Assembly: GCA_039621445.1 (NCBI GenBank)
Contig: CP154954.1
Span: 21,128,642 to 21,192,641 of the forward strand
Reading direction: 5' to 3'
Length of the DNA: 64,000 nt
Source of the DNA: Euglena gracilis
Taxonomy: Eukaryota
Part shown: positions 1 to 23,037 of the stretch, in pieces
Layout of the letters: the number at the start of each line of letters is the position of its first letter
Numbering within the stretch: the stretch's first letter is position 1
Notes under the pieces: generated by a model
What the model saw: only the letters and a program-made list of their open reading frames with translations
What the model was told of the DNA's origin: nothing
Database searches by the model: none
Translations under genes and position numbers: made by a program

Positions 1-234
1 CGTAGCTTGAGATCAAGATACACAAAAAGGCCTGGCGGGGAAATCAACCTATTCCCCAGAGGCACGTTTTTTTGGGCTTCCTGTCCAGTCTGATCTCTCA
101 TTGGATATGCGTGAGACCCAGAAGAACATCCCTCAGTCGCTCGCGTTTACCCATCCACCCAGTCCGGCCCTCTGCCACGCCACTGGTAGGGAAAACCTAC
201 CGTCCTCGCCCCCCTCCCCGGGAGGTGCCTGGGC

Positions 235-1583
235 CCAGGGCGGCGTAGTGGGCCTCGAGGTGCTGCCGCGACGTCGCCAGGCAAGGACAGTCATCCCCGG
301 TTTTTGGTCTCCGGTGGGGTCCAGTGGGATCCGGTGGGACCCGGTGGGATCCGGTGGGATCCGGTGGGATCCGGTGGGGTTCCGGTGGGTTGCCTTGGGG
401 GGGGGGGCGGGAAAAAAACACATGCAACAAGGTCAGGCTCTTGGTCTCTTTTTTTTGTCCCATATGAGTCACCTTTTGGTTCTGTTTAATGGGCCCAGCC
501 AGGTGCTCAGGATCTTTTGCCCCGTCGCCACATGGGATCACCACATGATGTGATGTACTCATTGCTCACCCTGGGGTCGTCGGTTTCATCCACCCCAATA
601 GCCACCAAATATTTGTCATCACGAATCATGTCCTGCAACTTTTTTTGACCAAAAAGAAAGGGTTGTACAAAAAAAGCAACCCATTCTTGTGCATCCCTCT
701 TTGGGGATGCTGCCGCACCGTGCACACCGCGTGGCACGGCATGACAGCAAGCAGGTACCTTTAATAACTGAATGAGAGAAAACCACCCGCAAAAGCGCCC
801 ATCGATTATCAAATTGCAATAAAAAGTCATTTTGAGCGAATTTCGTCAATTTTAGGTGTTTTTGGCACAAATCACCTGGTTTTGCCACCAGATCATACCC
901 AAAATGTCCCAATGTTCACCTAATCTGTGCAAATGGCCACAAAATGGCCAAAAGTGGCCAAAAAGTGGATAAAGGGGCAAAAAGTGGATAAAAGCAGTCA
1001 GAAGTGGCCGAAAATGGACACAAATGTGCAAAAATAGCCAGAAGCAGCCAAAAGTTGGTGTAAATAAAGCAAAAATGCATTCAAACAGCCAAAGGTGGTC
1101 TAAACTGCCAAATGCAGCCCAAAATGGCTAAAAGTGGACAAAAGTGGTCCAGAATGGCCAAAAAAAAATGGCCAAAAGGGCCAAAAGCTGCTGATTTGCA
1201 GTAAACCAGACAAAAAAAGAATGTAAGTCAACTACAGATGGGGTACTGGTGGAAATTTGTGAAAATTGCACATTCGGAAATGATTCTCCTCACGCGGGCC
1301 ATGAATCCAAGAAGAAAAATCTGTGCATGAAAAAAAATCTCCGGTGGGATCCGGTGGGATCCGGTGGGATCCGGTGGGATCCGGTGGGATCCGGTGGGAA
1401 CCCACTAGTCAAATGGTCAAAAAATCCCCGGTGGGATCCAGTGGGATCCGGTGGGATCCGGTGGGATCCGGTGGGATCCGGTGGCTGTCCTTGCCTGGAC
1501 GTCGCCTCCGGGCAGCCCGCGAAGAACAGCGTCCGCTGCGCCGCGGCGATGTCCCGCGACCGGCGCTGGCTCTCCTTCGCCAT
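235..1583 (-). CDS. 5' part of a putative RRM-type RNA-binding protein gene (exon 1 1501-1583, exon 2 ~235-272; probably continues past the window start)
   Basis: ATG at 1583. Removing intron 273-1500 gives MAKESQRRSRDIAAAQRTLFFAGCPEAT|SRQHLEAHYAAL. TLFFAGCP...L..HY..LG resembles RNP2 plus helix 1 of an RRM. GC-rich codons. Confidence 0.55.
278..1497. mobile_element. hAT-like non-autonomous transposon forming nonconventional intron 273-1500 of the RRM gene
   Basis: Perfect 13-bp TIR CAGGCAAGGACAG/CTGTCCTTGCCTG. Perfect 8-bp direct repeat GACGTCGC at 270-277 and 1498-1505. Subterminal (ccggtgggat)n arrays at ~311-389 and ~1341-1484. Confidence 0.9.
545..720 (-). pseudogene. Probable DDE/hAT-like transposase fragment inside the intron-forming element
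   Basis: Translation KKLQDMIRDDKYLVAIGVDETDDPRVSNEYI resembles the strand carrying the first catalytic Asp of hAT-like transposases (..I.vDETtD..). Judged by eye only. Confidence 0.5.
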
Positions 1584-2927
1584 GTGGGCAGGGCCGGGCC
1601 GCGGGCGGCGACCGGAAGGGAGGCGGGGCTGGGGAGGCCCACGACGCGGGGGTTGGGCGGGTGGATCCTGTTCGAACCCTTGTCCAATGGTGGTACTTTC
1701 ATGTTTGAAAAAAGTTTCATTTTTATTTTCATTTTCATTTTTTTTATTTTAATTTTCATTCTTTCATTTTCATGTTAAATTTTCATGTTTGTTTGAGGGA
1801 CGGGCACGGATCAATTCCATGCAAGCATCACAGGCCAAACAAAATCATGAAACTGAGGGATCTGCCGAAAAAAAATTCAGATCCGGTCCTTGACCTGCGA
1901 GAGGGAACCTATCACCCACAGCGGATACGTTGGCCCCATGTCCCTGCAGTTCCCACAGAGATTGATTTGCATCGTTAGTCCTGCCACCCTGAAAGCTTTT
2001 CCCACAACATTCATGTGTTGAGCAGCAAAAAATTGCAAATTATGTCGTCTCATCAATTTCAGTTTTAAGAAGTGATTCAAAAATGTAGAATAGTTGACCA
2101 AAGCGCATTTGTGCTCCCAAAGCCAGGGTGTTAAATAAGCGGTGGAGGGGGGTCTGGACCGTCCATCTCCCCCAGTGCATAAAAATGTCTGGCGCTTCAT
2201 GTCAAGAATAAAATTGGGCCTTGAAAAAGCCCAAAAATCGCGTTTTCACACGCTTGTTTGAAAAATCGGTCAAAACATACACCAGAAAATTAATATATAT
2301 TAAAAATTTTGGGTTCCCGGGGTGTCCCAGACCCCCTGAAGGGTCTGAAGGAGGAAGGGGGGGGGTCTGAACCGCCTCCCCCAGGGGTGGGATTGGTCAA
2401 CATCCCGGGAGATATGTCCCCTATTTACATCGCCCGGTGCACTGACTTGGGATGCATTTCGGCCATCATTCAGGAGTTTTAATCCCAGGTGACGAACTGG
2501 TCCTAAACGAACAAACTATTCATCAATATTGCAAGATTCTGCAAAGGCGTTGAAAAATCAAACGGAAAAATAACGTTTCATCAAGATAAGTGGGGCAGAC
2601 AAAGAAGAAGAGGAAGGTGGGGTAAATGGTTGTTTGAAATTTCCAAAAGAATGAAACAATATGAAACCTGTCCAACCATTGCCCAAGGTTCGCGTCCCAG
2701 GAGAATAGAATACTGGAATAAAATGTTGAACGCAATCTACTGATCTAAGACATCTGAACTTAGGTTGGCGAAACAAAACCATGGAGGGGAAGCAACATAC
2801 AGACAGGGCTGTTTCATACATTGAGAGCTTTGGGGTGGTTAGACCGAAGTGGACCGAGGGTAGGAGGGAGGTCGAGAAGAACAAAACAGGAGAAAGAATT
2901 TGCAGAACGGTGCAGCTCGGCTTTGAG

Positions 2928-9116
<6,189 letters not shown>

Positions 9117-11048
9117 CGTGCCAGGGCTGAATGGCCGTGTGGGACCCCCTCCTGCGAGTTGCCGGCTCAACCCCCCCCATTAGAAATTGTGTTTTCCGCC
9201 ATACTGATTTGGGGGGGTTACAAGCCACGGAGCGCAGGCCCATGGAACAACGTCTGGGATGTGTAACCCCCCCCAATTAACCCGGCGGGGTGCCAAGTTA
9301 TTGGAACCAACGCGCCGTACAGGAATTTTGCCTAAAAAGGGGGTGCCAAATTACTGGAACCATCATTTTTACCCCCCCCCCACCAAGTTATTCGGCCAAT
9401 GCCAGGGCAAGGGCCCCGCCAGGTTATTTGGGGGGGGGGTTAGGTCACACAAAGCTAACCTGGCCTGGCCTGCGAGGTGGGTTGAACAGCAGCCTTTCCT
9501 CCCGCCACCGACCCATCCTGAGCATTGTTTTCGACATGAAACGCTTTCTGCAAAGGTCCCTTGATGCTGTATTTTTTCAGGCTGCATATGACTCCTTCAG
9601 CTCTGAGTGTGTCAATGAGCAGCCTTTCTTTCAGGGAAGTCGAAAAGGAAAAAAAATGCGAGCTTTTTGTGGGACCCATTCTGGGTGGGGGGGGGGTTGG
9701 CCTCTCCCCACGGCAGGCAGTCCATTCCACACTGCTTGCTGCCTGCAGCAGGAGCTGCCTCTGTGAAGAAACGTTGATCCGTTGAACGAAATGGGACGGG
9801 GCATTGTATTTCTCCGCCTGAACTGGTGGGGGGAGGGATGCGTCGGGGACGAGAGAGCTGACCGCCCCCGGAGAAAAAATGCTGCTCTTGTGCAGCCAGC
9901 CGAGGGACGTGAAAGGGATCTCTGACGGGAGATTCCTTGAAGACTTCGGAGGAGGTGGGTCCAGCCCAGGGACTTATCACCCTTCCCCCCCCCCCAACGA
10001 CCGGTAACCTCTGTCCTCCGACCGGGGGGGGGGGGTCGTTCGACATAGAGGGGGGGGGAGTCTCTGCTGCACTCGCTGAGCTCCCTTTATGGGTGAGAGC
10101 GAAGCTAACCCCTGGGCAAAATGGGGGGGGGGTCGAACCCCCCCGGGAACCACCCTCAGGAACCGGCAGATTATTACCATGATCCCGGCTCCGTTCCTGG
10201 AACCCTTTCCCAGCTGCGAGCGAGGGGATTTCTAATTTCCAAATCACCTCCGTTTGACCCCCAACTCCGGCCAGGCCCGAGTTATTCAGAGAAAATTTCA
10301 AAGGAAATGTCCGGAGACCTAAATTGAAGCCCTTAAAATGCCCTATCGAACAGGATTTTGATTTCCCTGCAACTCCCGGACCAGGCCGAAATATGGCCAA
10401 TTTACGACCCAAAACAGCGCGAAACGCTTGCAACTTAGCCGTTGTTTGTGTCAAAAATTCAATTTTCCAAAATTTCTCAAAAATGGTGGGGAATCAAAGA
10501 AAATGTCCGGAGACCTAAATTGAAGCCCTTAAAATGCCCAATCTAACGGTATTTTGATTCGCCCGCAACTCCCCGCCTGCCTAAGTTACGGCCATTTTTC
10601 GGCTAATTTGGGCCATCTCGTGCAGTTTTGGCCAGTTTTGACTCAGCCTCTTTCGGCCATTTTTGGGTTAAAAAAAGTCGAAAAAAATCAAAAAAAAAAA
10701 ACAAAAAAATTGCCCAAAACCATGTTTTTTGGCTTCCTGGACCCGGAAAACCTTTTTTCAAGCCGAATCAGCGTTTTTTGAACCCCCGGCCCCCCATTTT
10801 TGGCCCCAAACCCATGCATTTTGGGTCATTTCCGGGTCAAAAAAGTTGAAGAAAATTTACACAACTGGCATAAATTTCAAAAATTATTGTAAATTACCAT
10901 AAATTACAGGTGTGTAATATATAAATCATAAATTACGCCAAATTCGCATTACTAGTCTTTTTGGCTGCCCATTGCATGCAAACCCCATTCAGAGCTCAGC
11001 ACTATTCAATACCTGGTAAGACACGGGGGATTGGGTGCCCCATGTTTG

Positions 11049-11850
11049 CAGGGGGGAAATGTGCAACTTAGCCCTTCAAATTATGCAAGTCAAAAAAATG
11101 AAAAAAAATGAAAAAAAAATTGCAAAAAAATGCAAAAGAAAATTGCAACTTGCATAAAACCCCTGAGAAAAGGCTAGAATATAACAGAGTTTTGCTGCTT
11201 AAAATTCGTAAACATGTGGCAATGCCGGTGTACCTGTCAATGATTCACAAGAAGACCTCCTGGAAGACAACGGCAAGCACTGAAGCTTTGAAAATGAACA
11301 TGAATGCCGCCTGCATGTTCAGTCTAAGCAAATCGTCCCTCCAGGTCACCATTGAACATCAATGAAGCGGCGGCACGTCGCATTTTATTGCACAATGTGG
11401 AACGCAACTTGGTATCAACACACCCAGCAAGACTGAACGAACGTGGTGGCACACCCTTCTGCATTGTATAACACTACATTTGGATTTCACACATGAAGAA
11501 GTGTGTGCTTTCAACGTCAGCAGAGGTGGTGGGAATGGTCAGCAAAAACTTGGCAACTTGGGCGAGGGCACCACTGTGCTTCGCCCAATACTACATAAGA
11601 GAAACGGAATCTGAAGGGAACACTTGCTCCACGCGGCAATACCGCTGCCAATCCCCTTGAAATTCGGTATCATTCACAGCGAACGAAAGCATGGGGTATT
11701 GTGCAGGCTCGTGGGACAAGTCCGGAAGATTCCACAAAACTACAAAAAATTACAAACTACAAAAATCCAGGGCAAAATACTTTATGAAAAAAAATGAAAA
11801 AAAAATTGAAAAAAATGTAAATTATGCAAGTTGCATATTCCCCCCCCCTG
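11049..11850. mobile_element. hAT deletion derivative (CAGGGGGG family) carrying a dimerisation-domain relic
   Basis: TIR caggggggaaatgtgcaact / agttgcatattccccccccctg. Minus strand ~11508-11590 reads YWAKHSGALAQVAKFLLTIPTTSADVES (hAT C-terminal W...L...A...L.IP.TSA.VE). TSD is degenerate. Confidence 0.8.
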
Positions 11851-12446
11851 CTGAATGTATGTATGGGAAGCCCTTGTGGGGTCAGGACCCTCGAACAACA
11901 GGGGGGACCCCCCAGTCACAGTCGGACCCCCCCCCAACTTGAACACGTAAGGCACCTGAAAAGTTTCGGTTCTTTTGTCGGCCGAGGGCCGGATACCAGG
12001 CCAAAATTTTTGGAAAATCCCTTGATTATTTTTTTCAAAATAAGTACAAAAATGCTCGAATTATTACTTTCTTCATTTGACTTGAGCATTTTTCTCTACT
12101 ACTTTGGTCTGGACCATGCCATGCTTACCAACCCATGGGGGGGGGGGGTCCCTTTCCACTTTCAAAAAGAACCGTCAGACACTTTTCAAAAAAACCCGTC
12201 ACCGACTTACCCCCAAGGGGGTCCGTCACTCACTCGGTCCAGCCAGTCGAAAATAGCCAAAAAGCAAAGCACTTTGATAAAAACCCAAAAAATTGGACCC
12301 TACCAAAACGATGCAGTGTGGTCTGGGTTAAGAAAGTGGTACTGTGGTACCTTTTCAGGTGGTGCAGCGACATATTTGATGCCCTAGTTACAGTCTGGAA
12401 ACCAAGTCAACAAAGTTGCAGGAATGAACAAAAATAAACAATAAAC

Positions 12447-14002
12447 CTGGCTTGCGGGCGTAAGGCAAAGCCAACTTCGTGAGTTGCAAATCTTGAGCTG
12501 TTGGCCTGCAAAAGAAAAAAAAGGAAAAATAAAAACAAAAACAATAAAAAATAAAAATAATAAAATATATAATTCCTGGATGTCTATATTTCTGTTATTC
12601 TTTGCCGTTTCCCATTTTTGCTGCTTGCTGTTTTCCCATTATTCGTGTTTGTTTCCCGCGCGTACAGGATGATTTTCAAAGATGGCTGACAGCGAGGATG
12701 ATGCACACGTGAACACTCAATTGTACTTAAAATTAATTGTGCCAGTTTGATGGATGTCATTTGCCGATGGTTCCAAAATAATGTGCAATAAAATTATGGC
12801 TAAATTGTGCACGACGTTGTGTGTGTTAAAAAATGGATAGTACGGATGCTGAGGGCGGCTGAGGACATATTTTCTCTGTTTACGGTTTTGGATGCAGGGC
12901 ATACGGGGGGTAGGAGGTGCGGTAGGTTGTCTCGAAGGTTGGCGGGTTGAAGAGCTCAGTGGGCAGCGTGTGGGTGAGCCCCTTGCCCTTTTTTGTCTGT
13001 AGGTGGCTCGTGTCGTAGTTCCGGCTGTTGTGACTGTAGACTGCGTAGCACTTCTGTTGAAGGTTGACAGAGATGGTCCAAAGGCAATGGAAATGCTTTA
13101 AAAAAAATCCCCGATGAGATCTGTCCAGAGGGGGAAACAGAAGCCAGCGCAATTAGTTGGCCTATAAAAATTTTAATGCTAAATCAATGAATTTCAATGA
13201 TTGAATTCAAATTAAATACAGTTTGCAAATTTACCCCCATCCGCTGTTTCTACCTCAATCTGCCTTGATTTTCTATCTGGCAGTGGTAACTTCAGGTGCA
13301 AATATGTGTCCGCCTTGAAGACATGGAATTTCCCCAGGATACACCATGCAAAATGCCATGGCCTACCCACCAGGGTATAAAGTGAGAGAGGGGAAGGGGG
13401 AAGGGTGGTCTTTGGAAGCTTTTTTCTCCGGGGGTCGGACCCCTCTCCCCTCATGTGCAAGACCACTTGCAGTCCGCACAAAATGACAAAAAACAAAAAC
13501 GATGGGAAACCACCCGATTTTCCCCATCATTTCTTCCCGCCATCCTGTACCCTTTCTAAGTCCTTGGGGGGGCACGTTCAGGGGTAGTCAAATTCCAAAC
13601 AAAAAAGTTGGGGATATGACATATGGCCAATTTTGGGGTCTGTCTTGAAATGAAAAATCACAAAAAAAAAGACACCCCGAAGACCATTTTGAACTTTTTC
13701 ATTTGCAATTTTGAGTTGCCCTTTTTCAGAAAAACTTTCATCACAAGTGGGAAAAATTTTTACAATTTTCTGAGAAAGCAAAATTTTCCCAATTTTTTTC
13801 CTTTCATTTTCCCTGGCATTTTTGTTCCCCGTCATTTTTTGTCTGGACTGCAATGCCCTGCTCCTAACCTCCCTGGGCGGTGGGATGTTTCTCACAAATG
13901 GGTGAAGAGTCACCTGGAAGCCAAGGGAGGTGGTGGACCTGCAGTTGGGCGCTGTAGCCTGGAGTTTGCTTGGGAATGGAGGAGTAGGTTTGGCTCGTCC
14001 GC
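12447..14002 (-). CDS. Probable linker exons between the two calcyphosin modules (~13966-14002, ~13551-13573, 12883-13053, 12447-12505)
   Basis: These join in frame after WEAG: RTSQTYSSIPKQSPPKDLERKCYAVYSHNSRNYDTSHLQ...PYALHPKPPTAQDLQLTKLALPYARKP, mostly with AG/GT boundaries. The connection through 9600-12400 is unresolved. Confidence 0.45.
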
Positions 14003-14715
14003 CTGATGAGCAGCGAAATTAACTTACAGCCCCAAACCACACATCAAATTGTCACGAAAAACCCAGCCCTCAAATTTTTTTGCTGGGAATCCAACAATTT
14101 TTGTACCCTCAAACAACAAGCAGAATGGTATCAATTTTTAGGATTTAAATTCGAGTGTCAAAACAAAATGGGTTTGTCATATAAACACCGCTGAAAACTT
14201 CAGCTGGAGGGCGAGCCCTTTTTGGACATACACCCACTGAACAAGGTGCCTTAGGGGTGCTATATATTGGATTGAAAGCGACAGCACTTTTCACATACGA
14301 CCTGGGCAACTCTTGAAAACTGCATTGAAAATGGGAATTTTCTGGGCTCGGCGCCTTGGTGATGTGGGGCAAGGAACTTGAGGGGTCAAAAAGTGACTTC
14401 GAAATGCCCCCTTCCTGCCCATAGTACCCACTCACCCACGATCTTCCTGAAAAGAATTCTGCCTCTAAGCACATGCCTTGAATGGCAAACCCCCGCACAT
14501 GACTCCTAACAACTGAACCAATCCCATTCCCTCCAAGGGTAATAAATGAGGATTCACATGTGTCACCTTCAGGAATAAACTTCACACCCACCCAAAGAAC
14601 CTGGGTAGTAGTCCAACCTGAGGGGGAGGGAAGCTCCTCCCTCCCTGAGGCAAGTCCCTGGCTCCAACTGGGCCGCAATGCAACTCTACTTTTGCCAGAG
14701 GTGGGTTGGGCACAC

Positions 14716-17700
14716 CCGGCCTCCCAGGCGGCCTTCACCGTACCGTACGAGCTGGTCAGGGAGGCCTCCACCGGCTCAATGTCCCACAGGGAGTACATCC
14801 GGTTCTCGAAGTACTCGTCGTCCGGGATGTTCTGGCTGATGCCTGGGTGGGCAAGGAGGCCGAGGCAAAGGGAGGGCAGAAGGAGGCGCGCCGGAGGAAC
14901 GCCAGAGCAGAGCAGCGTCAAAGGAACAATCATGCAAAATGCAACCCTCTCCAAACTGGAAAACCTCAAACAGTGCAACAACAACAACCGCACTATCGAG
15001 CTCATGTTGTGCTGGGATAAAGAAAAATCCCTTCGGTGACAGAATGTGCGAAGAAAAAAATTTCTGAAGTATTTCTTGGAGCTCTTGATGCGGGGCACAC
15101 CAGCGTAGAAGGCGATGAATTCCTCCTTCGTCACCAACCCGGAAGGGTTTGTGTCCCGAGTGAAATGGGAGTGGAAATTCTCCGCCGCCTCCTCGTGGCT
15201 CAGTTCCCCGGCCCGGACCAGGGGATGGTTGGAAGCGTTGGCGGCTGGACCGCTCCGCAACTCCAGCGGACTCCAGCGGACGGGCGTTGCACCCACAGTT
15301 ATACCAACAGAGCTGGAGGCAGTCCAGGCCGAAGCGATTGGTCACCTCGTCCAAGGCAACGTTTCCATCGCTGTCGTGACTGAAGCTGGCGCCAGGGCAG
15401 GATGAGACAGTCCCCACAGAAGGGTGGCAGCAGGGGGCTGCCAGTGGATGGTTCCCCACCAGGGGTTTTTAAAGACCGGGGGGGAGGGGGGGGGTCCCCC
15501 CCACCCACCCACCCCCTGGGGGGGCCCCCGGGGGGAGGGGGGGGGTCCCAGGGGACCCACAAAAAAAAATGGCCAAAAATCGCGAAAAGTGCTAAAAATA
15601 GCACTTTTTCGGCACCGAAAAGTGTATCCCACCCCCCTCCGGAGGGACCCCCCCTCCTGGGGGTCCATGACTAAAAAAAACCCCAATTCCCCACACCCAC
15701 CCTCTTTCGGGGAATTATAGAGGAAATCCAAAAAGGATACCCCTTGGAAAAAAAATAGAACTCCCCTTGAATTTTCAGCGGTCCCAAAAAGCAGACCGGG
15801 TTTATTTGGAGGGGTTTAGAGGTCACCGGGCTGTCAACAGGTGACGATGTGGTTGTGGGGAGCCTCATGCAGTCCCAAACGCCACCAGTGCGACTCTGCT
15901 CACGTACGTGCCGCGGAGAAGCCATCCGATAGAACCTTCCTGGGGCAGGGTACAAAAAAAACCGGTCCAAACAAGCAGGGTTTTCTGCACTGGGGGGAAA
16001 TTGTCTCAAAACCCCCAATTTTTGACACAATTTGGGCAGTTTCACAGTTGTGGGGTCTATTTGGATTTGAGGGGGGTATTTGGGTGGGGGGGGGGTCCAG
16101 TGTTTGGATTATTGAAATTGGCAGGGGCATTTTTGGGGGGGATTTTATTGGGGGGGGGGTGGCAGCAATATTCACGATACTGCTAGCCACTCCCTCCCTG
16201 TCCTCCCCTGGAGTGGCCCAAACCCGCTCCAGGGCAAACTTCCGGCGGGGCGGTAGTCCGATGGCGAAGCTGGCGAGGAACTCCGACAGGGAGATCAGCC
16301 CGTCGTCTGGGGGGGGGGGGGGGTTTAGGAAGGCCTGCTGGTTGGGAGGGGGGGGGGGTCGACCCCCCCACCCACCCCAGTGGAGGGTGGGTCACCCCCA
16401 TCCTGGTGGGAGGGGGGGGGGGTCCGACCCTCCATCCACCACTCTTCTTGTATTTTAATTGGCGCCTATTTTTAGCTCAAAAATATCCTTCGACGCCTTC
16501 AGTGCCACTGGGATTTTTTCCTTGCACAATGCTCACTCACCATCGGTAGGGTTTGGGGTTCCCACACAGCCTCTGGGGGATGGGGGAGCAGAGGGGAGGG
16601 CATTGCGAACAGAGTGGGTAGGCACCTTGCCGTCGCCCACCCCACTTTTTACAAGGCACACTCTGAACAGAAAACAGGAATCAGTCGACCCCGCCCCCCG
16701 CGAGTCGACCTCCCCGCCGAGGCACCAAAAGCAGATCACGCACGCTGTCAACGTGTTCTGTCTCTGTCAATACAAAAAGGTCCTGTGCATACCATTGCTC
16801 AGCGACCCCCGGCGGGGGGGAGGGGGAGGTCACTTTCCACTCTGAAAAAACCAGTCAGTCACTTTACCCCCCCCCGGAGGGATCGACCACTCTTGAATGC
16901 GCTCATGTTGGCAAGGCAATATTGCCAAAAAGACTCAAAAATCCAAAAAATTTCCTGCGCCTTCGGCGCCAGGCCAGCCACTTTTTCTTTTTCGGGCCTA
17001 CCCCACCCCCGGGGGGGGGGGGGGGCTCTTGGCCAGAAAACCAGTCAGTCACTCTGAAAAAAACAGTCAGTCACCCCCCCGGGGTGAGGTGGGACAGGTG
17101 TTAAGCAATGGTATGGTCCTGTGCCTGGCAAGGGGAGTCTGGTGGAGTGTGGATTGCTGGTGTGGACCAAGGCAGTTGCCTTTGTAGCAGTCTTTGCCCG
17201 GCAGTGGACAGGACAAACTTTCGCTGTCGAACGCAATGGCGAGGTGCCGCACTTCGTGGTCGGTGAGCTGCAGCTTGCAGGCCTGGGCCTTGGCGGCGAA
17301 CTGCGCGAACGTTCTGCGGGAAGCGACCCACGGGGATTTTGAAGGCCGCAGCAACGGACACAACATGACCGGGGTTGTTTTCTGGGACAGGAGGAGGTCA
17401 GCACCTCCCCATCCACCAACTCCTGGATGAAAATCTGCCCTTAAAGAAAAACTGACAGTGTTTCTTATTTTTTTCGCGGATTTTCTTTATTTTCGGCTCC
17501 ACTTGGAATACTTGGAACCCCCCATCCCCCGGAGGAGGTTAGGCCAATACCCACCCAACCACCCAACCTGACTCCCTGGGTCACCAACCGGCAGACAAAA
17601 CACTTTCTTCTGCCCCAGCAGCCGGCAATGTATGGCAACAACCTTTATAAACAGAAAAGAGAACGCGGATACATGATAGAGAATACAAGAAAGAGAACTA

Positions 17701-18126
17701 CGGAACAGCTGCCCATACCAGCTGGATGATGACCCTCACACTGACACCCACAGCATTGAAGAGGTGCGGAGAGGAGAGGAGAGGAGAGAGGTGCACACAG
17801 TTTGGTGTCTGGATCCGGGTTCCCCTTCCGGAAGAACTGGACCAGCGACCGGACGCCATTGTTCCCCCGCTGCGCGCAGAACCGCTTGATCTGTTTGGAG
17901 GAGGGCAACCACAGATGGACGGAAGTCGCAAGCAAACTGTTTTCAGGGTGAGCAATAAAATAAAAAATCATACAAAGGTGATCGTGATATGAGGGTGTCG
18001 GTGAAAATGAATTGGGATTGGGAAGAAATATCTGGGTTGGTGTATTACATCACATTGGATGGGGGGGGGGGTGCTGCGTGGGGGGGAGCACGCCTTGAGG
18101 ATGACGGGATCCTCCAGAGACTCGGT
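14716..18126 (-). CDS. Upstream calcyphosin-like EF-hand module (exons ~18094-18126, 17799-17890, 17219-17313, 16214-16306, 15331-15386, 15101-15239, 14716-14842)
   Basis: Spliced: SLEDPVILKIKRFCAQRGNNGVRSLVQFFRKGNPDPDTKLTFAQFAAK...AFDSENDGLISLSEFLASFAIGLPPRRKFALERVWASFSHDSDGNVALDEVTNRFNASNHPLVRAGELSHEEAAENF...GLVTKEEFIAFYAGISQNIPDDEYFENRMYSLWDI. Confidence 0.8.
15460..15686. mobile_element. hAT-like MITE (CAGGGGTTTTT family) with eroded right TIR
   Basis: Perfect 8-bp TSD TTCCCCAC (15452-15459, 15687-15694). Homologous to 27761-28058 and 60840-61117. Confidence 0.8.
16788..17115. mobile_element. hAT-like MITE (CATACCATTGCT family)
   Basis: Perfect 12-bp TIR and perfect 8-bp TSD GTCCTGTG. 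Confidence 0.9.
17891..18093 (-). other. GC-AG spliceosomal intron
   Basis: AAG|gcgtgc...aaacag|ATC gives in-frame PVILK|IKRF. Confidence 0.7.
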
Positions 18127-18469
18127 GGAAGTCATGACGATGGGCGGAGGGGACACAGGGTGACAGGTCAATGCGACCTCACATACAACATACACGGTGG
18201 CGAACTGGGACACGGAGAAACACATGGTGGCGCATGGCACAACAAGCAGCCATTTGGGATGCCAATCCAGCGCCACTGCAATCCAAAAGCAACCCCAGGC
18301 AAGAGACAAAATCACGCAGATATTTGCACAAATTTGCCAATTTGCACCTAAGAGAGTCCCCTCCCCCCCTGCCAATACCAGGTCCTGACTATTTCCTGGG
18401 CAGGAACGAAACAGGTGTTCGGTCATAACAATTTCGAGGAGGGGAGATAAGGGTGGGAGTAGCGAAGAC

Positions 18470-23017
<4,548 letters not shown>

Positions 23018-23037
23018 TGTGTCATTTGTGTCCCATG

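Noticed and set aside
311-1484. Repeat arrays (ccggtgggat, ttcgtactta, aaattgcgga) as CRISPR arrays
   Set aside because: They are head-to-tail ~10-bp units with no unique spacers and no cas genes, in a eukaryotic context; they are transposon subterminal repeats.
1877-2200. hAT dimerisation relic (NVVGKAFRVAGL)
   Set aside because: Resemblance to ERxFS is weak and no TIR or TSD could be delimited.
9117-12446. Exact exon structure of the calcyphosin linker
   Set aside because: Several registers and frames are equally plausible; not resolvable without cDNA.
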